A stretch of DNA of 41,659 nucleotides, from positions 144,312 through 185,970 of IMG/VR virus record IMGVR_UViG_3300013307_000018. One strand, written 5' to 3'. The position numbers and the translations under genes are program-made. Under the pieces are notes generated by a model. The model saw only the letters and a program-made list of their open reading frames with translations, was not told the origin of the DNA and ran no database searches. How positions within the stretch are numbered: the first letter of the stretch is position 1; the number at the start of each line of letters is the position of its first letter. Source of the stretch: a virus. Lineage: Duplodnaviria; Heunggongvirae; Uroviricota; Caudoviricetes. Shown here piece by piece: positions 34,743 to 41,659 of the stretch.

Positions 34743-36923
34743 TCAAGCTGCCAGCTCTTTGGTGTTGTAAATCGCTGCAGAGCGAGATGCTTTAACCAGG
34801 TTGGTTACGGACAGTTTGATGAGGATCGGCAGGTTGATGACGTGACGGAAACGCGGCTGAACCTGACGCTCCATGATGGTAGCACCGTTACGGTTCACCT
34901 GGGCAGAAATCGCCAGCTCAGGGATGTACAGCATGTTACCGAAGGTCAGTGGGTCGTGTTTGCCAGTGCCTTTGCGACCGAAGCTCAGGAAGATGGTGTC
35001 ACGCATACGCAGGTCGTTAACCGAAGTTACAGACATGGTAGCGTTGGCACCCAGGTAACGGTCGTCACCCTGAGTAATCAGGTACTTCGGCAGAACCGGG
35101 TCAGTTACCGCGATAACACGCAGCTGTTCAGTAGAACCGCCGTTGTTTGCACGCAGTGACACTTCGTAACCGGTTTCACGGCACGCACGTGCAATGACTT
35201 CACGGATTACAGAAACCAGCACGCCCTGGATATCGTCAACCTTGTTAGCAGAACTGGTAGAGTTCAGCTCGGCCTGGATATCAACCGGGATAGCTTCGTA
35301 GAACGGCGCAACCAGCAGCTCACCCGGAGTTTCGAATGAAGGATACAGGTTGATGGTTTCAGAAGACACGAACCAGTCGTTCAGCGTTTTGTCGAAGTCC
35401 AGCAGCGTGGTCACTGCGGCGTTTTCGATTTGCATGTGAACGCCCTGAACCAGCGCATTCAGGTCGAGACCCAGGTTTTCCTGACCGATTGGCGTCTGAG
35501 AAACCAGCGGTGCGTTCAGTGGAACGTAGTACGCACGGGTTTCCATATCCGGGTTCAGGATCAGGCCTTTGGTACGTAAGTTGCTGTTCGTGCGACGAGC
35601 ATCAACATCGTAACCAATCACTTCGAAGGTCAGGCCTTCCAGTGCGGTCTGTACAGCCGGGGTATCGATACCGACTTCTTTGCCGTCTTCGTCGAGGACA
35701 CGGATAATGTCAACGCCTGAAGAGAACACCACTTCGTTAGAAGTTTCCAGGTTGATGTTACCAGAAATGCTGGTACCCAGAACCAGGGTGTATTTACCGG
35801 CAGTAACGTCAGCCAGTGCAGCGCCTGCAGCGCCAGATGTATCGACCGCACCTGCTTTCAGCGTCAGAGAAGACGGGTTGAAGCTCAGGGTCATAGTACG
35901 CAGGTTACATTCCATCGGACGGAAGAAACCAGCGCCTGGCAGGTTCAGTGTACGGATACGGTACACAGACTCAGTTGGATCAGCACCCGCAGCGCCTGCT
36001 TTAGAAGCGGCGATGTAGATATTTTTCAGAGAGACTTTAGGCTCAACGGCATCAGTTTCACCGATAGCACCGGCCAGACGCAGAGCTTCGTTAGAAGACA
36101 GCGCGATCAGGCTGTGTTTGGTGTTGATGCGCAGTGGCGCCGTGGTCACAGTTACTGCACCCACTTTCGCAGAGGATGGAGCAACAGCTGCTTTGTCAAC
36201 GAACTTGTCGTTGTTCACGCCATCACGATAAATCGGCACCAGGTCGGTACTGTTGTTCATCAGGATGGTGTAGTCCAGCGCAGCGCGGATCAGGTTGTGC
36301 TTTTTGAAGTCAGCCGGGTCGCCAGACTGGTCAGGAGAGATATACTCGTTCTGCACCAGAATACGCGGGATGTTGATACGGAATACCACTTCATCAGGGG
36401 TACCGACAACAACCGGGAACCAGTCATCGTTGAACGGAGACTGACCGATGGCCAGGGCGTTGAACACCACAGACACGTCGATGCCTTTCTGCAGTTCCAT
36501 GTTATCAAACGCTTCCAGTGACACGAAGCGGTCAGATGGCTGACGATAACCGAAAGTACCTACAGAAGACGAGCTCGCTGGCATTTCAGTGCTTTCCAGC
36601 GATACGGTCTGCGATGCGCGTACGTAACCCAGTGGATCGCCGTAGGCAGATGCAGTGATGGTTGCTGCTTCCAGCTGCTCTTGGCTCAGCACGTAACCAC
36701 CGAACTCAGCGTCTTTAAAGATGGCGCCCAGGGTTTTGGACAGGGTCTGCGAATCACGTTGGTGATTAGCAAAGTTCTGGCCTTCCAGGGATTCCATCGA
36801 CACCATGTTCTGAGTCATGTTCTTTGGTACCAGTGCAGCACCCTCGCTTTTCAGGGTTGCACCGATTTCGTTGGCAGCCAAACGCGCAGCGGCGATGGTA
36901 TCTTTACCAGTAAGTCTTGACAT
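34743..36923 (-). CDS. Major capsid protein precursor (phiKZ gp120-like)
   Basis: ATG at 36923 with AAGGA SD and strongly biased codon usage. The propeptide has SME/SLE sites ending in VSLEAFD. Motifs IGYDVDARRTNSNLRTKG, PLTFGNMLYIPE and VQPRFRHVINLPIL. Confidence 0.9.
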   Translation of the reverse strand: MSRLTGKDTIAAARLAANEIGATLKSEGAALVPKNMTQNMVSMESLEGQNFANHQRDSQTLSKTLGAIFKDAEFGGYVLSQEQLEAATITASAYGDPLGYVRASQTVSLESTEMPASSSSVGTFGYRQPSDRFVSLEAFDNMELQKGIDVSVVFNALAIGQSPFNDDWFPVVVGTPDEVVFRINIPRILVQNEYISPDQSGDPADFKKHNLIRAALDYTILMNNSTDLVPIYRDGVNNDKFVDKAAVAPSSAKVGAVTVTTAPLRINTKHSLIALSSNEALRLAGAIGETDAVEPKVSLKNIYIAASKAGAAGADPTESVYRIRTLNLPGAGFFRPMECNLRTMTLSFNPSSLTLKAGAVDTSGAAGAALADVTAGKYTLVLGTSISGNINLETSNEVVFSSGVDIIRVLDEDGKEVGIDTPAVQTALEGLTFEVIGYDVDARRTNSNLRTKGLILNPDMETRAYYVPLNAPLVSQTPIGQENLGLDLNALVQGVHMQIENAAVTTLLDFDKTLNDWFVSSETINLYPSFETPGELLVAPFYEAIPVDIQAELNSTSSANKVDDIQGVLVSVIREVIARACRETGYEVSLRANNGGSTEQLRVIAVTDPVLPKYLITQGDDRYLGANATMSVTSVNDLRMRDTIFLSFGRKGTGKHDPLTFGNMLYIPELAISAQVNRNGATIMERQVQPRFRHVINLPILIKLSVTNLVKASRSAAIYNTKELAA

Positions 36924-36990
36924 AATCTTTAATTCCTTCGGAGGATTCAATACGTATTGAAAAAAGCTACATGACGTCGATGCTGTAGCG

Positions 36991-36998
36991 CATACTAT
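36991..36998 (-). promoter_or_regulatory. Putative late promoter (ATAGTATG) of the capsid gene
   Basis: Minus strand AGATAGTATGCG about 70 nt upstream of the ATG, followed by a GCTACA..TGTAGC leader hairpin. Confidence 0.45.
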
Positions 36999-37012
36999 CT
37001 AAGCCATAGCCG

Positions 37013-37567
37013 TTACTGGGGGTCTGCATCCTGCGATGCTCCCACGTACTTGTCAAAAACAGTGAACTGAGTTATGTCACTTACGCGCATAAATTTCGCG
37101 AGCTCCGCGATGATTGCATCATAATAATGACTCTTCTGTCCACTGTAGGGGTCCTCAGCACTGCCTGACATGTAAAGAACACCAGACGAGCCCGTGGGAG
37201 TGTAGAAACACCCAGACCCATAGTCAACAGCCAGTGCCCTGCGCGGACCACCACCTGCTATACTATATTTGGTTTCGCACTCTGCACATACTTTATCGTA
37301 CAAACTGCGGTGATTCGAAATCCAGGCCTGAAACGTCGGCTCATCAAATAATGATATCAAATCATCAGCCAGCTCTGGCACCCACTCTTTTGCCTTCGAG
37401 TTGTACCATAAGTAATAACTGACATCGGCATCCGATAGTATACCTGAGAGTTGGTCCAGATTAATAAAACCGTCGAGCGGAAAATCGCTTTCGGCAGCGA
37501 CGACGGCAAGGGATGGTGGAATAACAACCAATCCAATGCGTGGCTCGCTTGACGTAGAAATGAACAT
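37013..37567 (-). CDS. Hypothetical protein upstream of the capsid gene
   Basis: 184-aa ORF with GGGAG SD, filling the gap between the capsid and helicase genes. Confidence 0.75.
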   Translation of the reverse strand: MFISTSSEPRIGLVVIPPSLAVVAAESDFPLDGFINLDQLSGILSDADVSYYLWYNSKAKEWVPELADDLISLFDEPTFQAWISNHRSLYDKVCAECETKYSIAGGGPRRALAVDYGSGCFYTPTGSSGVLYMSGSAEDPYSGQKSHYYDAIIAELAKFMRVSDITQFTVFDKYVGASQDADPQ

Positions 37568-37613
37568 GTAATCGCTCCCGCTATAAAAGACAAGACTGAT
37601 ACGGAGTCAAATA

Positions 37614-39152
37614 ATGGATTCGAAATTGTTGTTGGTTCGTGGCATTACCCTTTTATACCTCGAATCAAAACGCTTAACCCAGAACGATAACTCGGCTATT
37701 CTCATCCGTGAGCTGGTCGGTGCCATGAAAGCACCCGAGAGCACGTATGAGACAGATGAAGGCTCTGTCACGCATACAGAATTACGCAACACATTATTGT
37801 GGATGACTAACCAGCCGCTCGGTCATAAGTACGACCATACCGCGCTGTTACAAAGAATACGTGTTAATATCAAGAACGACGATGGTTTATGGTCTGCGTT
37901 TGCTAACGGGATGAACGAACCCGATAACTACGAAGAGCTGTTAGCCAAAGTCGGTGAGATGCGTAACGAATTATTAGCACACCGGCAGAAGACCCGTTTA
38001 ACCGATGTGATTCGTAAAGCCTCTTTCCAGGTGCAGTTCAAACCCGATGAAGTCGATTGGGCACAACTCGTCCCGCAACTACAGCAGGAACTGGAAACCC
38101 ACAAACCCGGTGCGAAGGCCTCATTTGAAGCGGTCACCCGGTTTGGCAGCAATACCCGTAATGCCGTAGCAGAAGCGATTCAGAAAGCCGTCGAGCAGAG
38201 CTCACCAGAGGGTGTGTTGCGCTGGGGCTGGCAGGGCGTGAACCGGATGATGGGTGAACTCGGGGGACTACGACGCGGTGACATGGTGGTGGTGGGTGCC
38301 TTAACCAACAACTTTAAAACCGGCTTTACCTTAAACGGCTTCCGTCAGTTCTGCATGTGGAACAAACCGTTTATGCTCGACCCGTCTAAGAAACCGCTGA
38401 TGCTGCACATCTCTACCGAGAATGCGCAGGAGGATAACATGATTATCCTCTATGCTCAGATGTTCGAAGACGAGTTCCAAATTGCGATGGACGTCCCGGC
38501 ATTGAAGAAAGAAGCCCAGGACAATCCACAACGCTACCAGGAAATCGCCGACTACGTCATGGACAAACTCACCATGACCGGGTACGAAGTGGAGTTTGTG
38601 CGTCTCAACGGCCCGACCACCACGTACGACAAAATCCTGGAACTCATTGCCTTCTACGAAGCGTTGGGTTATGAAATCCACTGTATCGTGTTTGACTACC
38701 TCAACATGTGTTCGAAGTTGGGTTGTCATGCCTCGACCATTGGTGGGGACGTACGTGAACTGTTCCGACTGATTCGCTCGTACACCAACCCGAAAGCCAT
38801 CACCTTCATGACCCCGCATCAGATTTCTTCAGATGCGTATGCCCTGTTGCGTAACAACACCGATGACTTCGTGAAACAAATCGCGAAGAAAGGGTATTGG
38901 GATAGCTGTCGTGTTCTGCAACAAGAAGTCGATTTGGAGATGTTGTTGCACATCGAACACCTCTACGGTAAGTCCTACCTCACCATTGCGCGTGGGAAGC
39001 ACCGTAAGCCACTGGCGACGCCACTGGATGACTTGTATACGGTTTACGCGTTCGAGGAGTTTGGGTGCATCCCAGACGACCTGGAGAAGCCTGACAAGTC
39101 GATGAAGAAATTTGGCAGTGACGCTCCAGACCACCAGACCGAGTGGATGTAA
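37614..39152 (+). CDS. dnaB: DnaB-like (SF4) replicative helicase (phiKZ gp118-like)
   Basis: WQGVNRMMG..GLRRGDMVVVGALTNNFKTG (variant Walker A), HISTEN, IVFDYL (Walker B), TPHQIS, LQQEVD and RGKHR. Confidence 0.9.
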   Translation: MDSKLLLVRGITLLYLESKRLTQNDNSAILIRELVGAMKAPESTYETDEGSVTHTELRNTLLWMTNQPLGHKYDHTALLQRIRVNIKNDDGLWSAFANGMNEPDNYEELLAKVGEMRNELLAHRQKTRLTDVIRKASFQVQFKPDEVDWAQLVPQLQQELETHKPGAKASFEAVTRFGSNTRNAVAEAIQKAVEQSSPEGVLRWGWQGVNRMMGELGGLRRGDMVVVGALTNNFKTGFTLNGFRQFCMWNKPFMLDPSKKPLMLHISTENAQEDNMIILYAQMFEDEFQIAMDVPALKKEAQDNPQRYQEIADYVMDKLTMTGYEVEFVRLNGPTTTYDKILELIAFYEALGYEIHCIVFDYLNMCSKLGCHASTIGGDVRELFRLIRSYTNPKAITFMTPHQISSDAYALLRNNTDDFVKQIAKKGYWDSCRVLQQEVDLEMLLHIEHLYGKSYLTIARGKHRKPLATPLDDLYTVYAFEEFGCIPDDLEKPDKSMKKFGSDAPDHQTEWM

Positions 39153-39155
39153 GGC

Positions 39156-39209
39156 AAAAAAAAATAAGACGACATGACCGGGGAGGCGAAAGCCTCCCCT
39201 TATGCTGTC
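39156..39209. terminator. Bidirectional hairpin terminator
   Basis: A9 run, GGGGAGGC-GAAA-GCCTCCCC, then TTATGCTGTC, between convergent genes. Confidence 0.8.
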
Positions 39210-39214
39210 ATGGT

Positions 39215-39694
39215 CTATTTCGGACCGTACACCAGAACCACGAACGTTTGACCCACTTCCATGTTACTCAACCGGTACATGCCGTGGGTGTTGAGCATCA
39301 TCATAAAGGCCCGGGCCAGTGTCCGTGCGGCATCCACGATAGCCGGGTGCATGGAAATCACTTTGCTACCGTGGGCTGCCCGCCCCAGCAATACCCGGGT
39401 TTTGTTTTCCGACACACTTAACATGCTGGGTGGAACCCGTCCCAATGAAAAGCGGGACTGGAAGTCATCAAAGACTTCAATCAAAAAACTGTTGACGTGT
39501 ACTCCTTTGGGGAAATACTCCTCAGGGATATACAGCACCGATACCGACTCGTTGGCTTTGACGTTGGCATTGGTGCCCAACAACGTGTTGGGGGTGATGG
39601 TTAAGTCTTTCAGGAACGCATTGACGTAACGTTGAGCAGACAAAGTCGGGGTATGGGGCTGACCCGGAAGAAACACAGGAGTAAAGCTACGCAT
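39215..39694 (-). CDS. Hypothetical protein
   Basis: 159-aa ORF with AAGGA SD, bounded by hairpins. Confidence 0.75.
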   Translation of the reverse strand: MRSFTPVFLPGQPHTPTLSAQRYVNAFLKDLTITPNTLLGTNANVKANESVSVLYIPEEYFPKGVHVNSFLIEVFDDFQSRFSLGRVPPSMLSVSENKTRVLLGRAAHGSKVISMHPAIVDAARTLARAFMMMLNTHGMYRLSNMEVGQTFVVLVYGPK

Positions 39695-39712
39695 GGGGGT
39701 TCCTTATTGAAA

Positions 39713-39738
39713 CGGCATAAAGGGAGGTAAAACCTCCC
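39713..39738 (-). terminator. Hairpin with TTATGCCG flank
   Basis: Minus strand GGGAGGT-TTT-ACCTCCC-TTTATGCCG. Confidence 0.6.
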
Positions 39739-39753
39739 ATAAGATTATGTTGG

Positions 39754-40038
39754 TTACCACTTAAGCGGTGGAAAGCTGTCTAACAGTGCCAGAGATTCTG
39801 CTTCGAATTGTTCTTTATCGACATCGATAATCACTGAGTCCGACACCGCCGGAGAGCTCAGTTTCAAATCCAGTCGGTACTGGGTACGACATCGCCACAA
39901 ACCCGCAACCTCCACGACCAAATCCGGGACGGCCTCTGCAATTTCAGGGGCCAGGTTGAGCAGGGCGGTTTTACCCAGATCGTTAATAATCGAAACATAT
40001 TCGGCTGGCACCATGATGCGGGCAAGTTGCTCGGTCAC
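39754..40038 (-). CDS. Hypothetical protein
   Basis: 94-aa ORF with a GTG start just after the upstream stop; GGAG SD. Confidence 0.7.
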   Translation of the reverse strand: MTEQLARIMVPAEYVSIINDLGKTALLNLAPEIAEAVPDLVVEVAGLWRCRTQYRLDLKLSSPAVSDSVIIDVDKEQFEAESLALLDSFPPLKW

Positions 40039-40042
40039 GTTG

Positions 40043-40582
40043 TCACACTCCGTACAGTTCTTTATTGAGAATCAGTTTCAGGTTCGCTTTCACGATGTTG
40101 GACAGGGTTGGGGGTACACTGCCGACCGTGGCAGGGTAGACCAGCTGTGAGGGGACTGCATCTGCCAGGGGTTTGTCACCGAGGTAATGGGCTTCTGCGA
40201 CATTAACGTCACCGATTTTCAGTTTAACAATAACCATCCCCATGCCATCGTTCTGGTAGAACTCATACCCAATGGGCCCCACAATCACCGTGGCGGGCGC
40301 AACGTCGGTACCACCACCCAGATACAAATCCAGTAAGGCAGGCATGGACGTGGTGAGTTTACGTTTGGTGGCGCTGTCCACTGGAGAGTCCGCTGGGCTG
40401 AAGCGAATGTTCACCGAACTCATGACAATTTCGTTTTTTGTGGTCTTGATGCCGTCAACGGTGGTCGAGACCGGTGTGGTCACCGTATAAACCACCAGGG
40501 CACCGATGTCACCCACTTTCAACACATCCGTGGCATACACGGTGGGGAGGCCGGGGAGACTGAGTTTCTTTTCCTTTGCCAT
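40043..40582 (-). CDS. Hypothetical protein
   Basis: 179-aa ORF with GAGGT SD. Confidence 0.75.
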   Translation of the reverse strand: MAKEKKLSLPGLPTVYATDVLKVGDIGALVVYTVTTPVSTTVDGIKTTKNEIVMSSVNIRFSPADSPVDSATKRKLTTSMPALLDLYLGGGTDVAPATVIVGPIGYEFYQNDGMGMVIVKLKIGDVNVAEAHYLGDKPLADAVPSQLVYPATVGSVPPTLSNIVKANLKLILNKELYGV

Positions 40583-40690
40583 CGCGATATTACCTCAAAG
40601 TGAAATGACCGCCATTGTGTCATTTTTGTGTATAGGCTACACAGGATTAGCGTACTGGACAGCAATAGCGACCATGCGCTCTCAAACGCA

Positions 40691-40876
40691 TCAGGTGCGG
40701 TTTGCGGCATTACACTGCGCATCATAGCGACGTTGCCGTAAAGCTTCCATAACAGCCACTGTGTTGTCACAAACACGTCCCCTGGGGACTCCCGTCCAGG
40801 TTACCGTGTGTAGCAGAACAACGTTGCGGATATACGGTACGGTCTGGGTTGACGCCGTAGGCAGAACAGAAGTCAT
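40691..40876 (-). CDS. Small hypothetical protein
   Basis: 61-aa ORF with AGGTG SD, downstream of an early-promoter-like motif. Confidence 0.45.
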   Translation of the reverse strand: MTSVLPTASTQTVPYIRNVVLLHTVTWTGVPRGRVCDNTVAVMEALRQRRYDAQCNAANRT

Positions 40877-40914
40877 AGGTCACCTGTGAGGAGGAGTGCA
40901 TTTTCTAATAGATA

Positions 40915-40926
40915 AGTGATTTATGT
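40915..40926 (-). promoter_or_regulatory. Putative early promoter variant
   Basis: Minus strand ACATAAATCACT resembles ACATATATTACT at 34520-34531. AT-rich and directly after a terminator. Confidence 0.45.
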
Positions 40927-40947
40927 AAATTTTGCACACGTTTAAAC

Positions 40948-40979
40948 AAAAAAATAAAGAGGACCGAAGTCCCCTTTAT
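40948..40979 (-). terminator. Intrinsic terminator
   Basis: Minus strand ATAAAGGGGAC-TTCG-GTCCTCTTTAT-TTTTTT. Confidence 0.85.
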
Positions 40980-40984
40980 CTACA

Positions 40985-41437
40985 TTACGCGTAGAAATCC
41001 ACGATGGCTTTAGGAGCCACCGCGTTATACACCGCAACGAACAGACGGTAGACTTCACGTGCAGACAAATGCGCGAACAGGCCCATGATGTTTTTGTCTT
41101 TTGCATGCGCAACAAACTTGGCCCAGGCTTTGTTGGTGCTAGGAGCAACCATCATTGGCAGGATTTCACGTAACCAGTTGTACACCAGACCGATGTTGTC
41201 GCCTTTAACAGCCACACCACGGTACAGGTTAACAGCACGCTCAACGTCGGCCTTGGTGATGCTCACGTTGAACTCTGGTTTTGCCAGCACGTCACGGTTG
41301 AAGTTATGCTTTTCGTTGTAGCTGTACTGCAGCTGAACAGCCGCCATGTCAAGGGTGGTTGTACGAGACAGGGCAACTGCTTCAACGATGAAAGAAGAAG
41401 ACAGTACGTGTTCGATAGTTGCGATGTTAGTAGTCAT
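40985..41437 (-). CDS. Hypothetical protein with highly-expressed-type codon usage
   Basis: 150-aa ORF with GGAG SD, GCT/GTT/CGT/AAC codon bias and its own terminator. Confidence 0.8.
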   Translation of the reverse strand: MTTNIATIEHVLSSSFIVEAVALSRTTTLDMAAVQLQYSYNEKHNFNRDVLAKPEFNVSITKADVERAVNLYRGVAVKGDNIGLVYNWLREILPMMVAPSTNKAWAKFVAHAKDKNIMGLFAHLSAREVYRLFVAVYNAVAPKAIVDFYA

Positions 41438-41491
41438 GATAAATCTCCATAATTAAAAGGGGGTTAGATAACCCCCACTATGGAGATTATC
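41438..41491 (-). promoter_or_regulatory. Long hairpin covering the ribosome-binding site of 40985-41437
   Basis: Minus strand GATAATCTCCATA..GGGGGTT-ATCT-AACCCCC..TATGGAGATTTATC-ATG. Confidence 0.6.
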
Positions 41492-41493
41492 GA

Positions 41494-41658
41494 TTATGCG
41501 TGGCTAATCAGCGTCTGCACGTAGTTCTGCAAACGCGTCAGGGTTTCAGTTTTCAGTGGTGCTTTGATGGTCACGGTATCCAGCAGTGGATTGAAAATCC
41601 AACGACGGTCAAACGTCCCCATGATTAATTCATTGTCCAGCAGACAGAAGAAGTCCAC
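41494..41658 (-). CDS. Partial (5'-truncated) hypothetical protein
   Basis: Open frame from the window end: VDFFCLLDNELIMGTFDRRWIFNPLLDTVTIKAPLKTETLTRLQNYVQTLISHA*. Confidence 0.6.
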   Translation of the reverse strand: MDFFCLLDNELIMGTFDRRWIFNPLLDTVTIKAPLKTETLTRLQNYVQTLISHA

Positions 41659-41659
41659 G

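Noticed and set aside
34683-34745. Selenocysteine insertion or genome-wide TGA recoding at the capsid stop
   Set aside because: There is no redox-enzyme context and the hairpin is not recognisably a bacterial SECIS. Other genes end normally at TGA (for example the ATGA overlap at 23291 and TGA-TAG at 15170), and ORFs are not fragmented under code 11.
34743-34775. Programmed frameshift at the capsid 3' end
   Set aside because: There is no slippery heptamer before the stop, and the meaningful peptide is in frame 0.
34662-35159. 165-aa plus-strand ORF, and the many other antisense ORFs in the track
   Set aside because: These are shadow ORFs opposite strongly codon-biased genes, with no SD or recognisable motifs.
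31604-39152. Introns or inteins in the RNAP subunit, capsid or helicase genes
   Set aside because: The ORFs are continuous and of expected size, with no intein or homing-endonuclease motifs seen.
40519-40876. Frameshifted pseudogene formed by the 61-aa and 85-aa overlapping ORFs
   Set aside because: The 85-aa frame has no good SD and runs into the next gene, and there is no homology evidence to join the two.
1-41659. CRISPR array, tRNA/rRNA genes, IS elements
   Set aside because: No regularly spaced direct repeats, cloverleaf or transposase were recognised, and intergenic gaps are short. This is a visual check only.

Overview
This window is from a phiKZ-like jumbo myophage (Chimalliviridae-type; inferred from gene content and order, no database search was run). 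It holds: the 3' end of a baseplate spike-like gene; an orphan DarG-like macrodomain; a lysis cassette (GH108 endolysin plus overlapping i-/o-spanins); tail fibres with a Tfa-type chaperone; about 12 paralogous virion fibre-like proteins, two lectin-like paralogs and an LRR-tipped member; tmk and ruvC; a baseplate wedge-like protein and portal; a non-virion RNA polymerase beta N-terminal subunit; the major capsid protein; a DnaB-like helicase; and small hypothetical genes. The top finding is at the end of the major capsid gene, which stops at a weak TGA-C. The in-frame sequence after that stop encodes LGTVIRNRVLDGLHATPFE*. This matches an L-x-x-V-I-x4-L-x-G-L-x-x-P motif found in the middle of the two-domain paralogs and twice at the C-terminus of the baseplate wedge-like protein. 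I infer a peptide-docking fibre assembly system rooted on the baseplate and, via stop-codon readthrough, on a fraction of capsid subunits. This model is untested.
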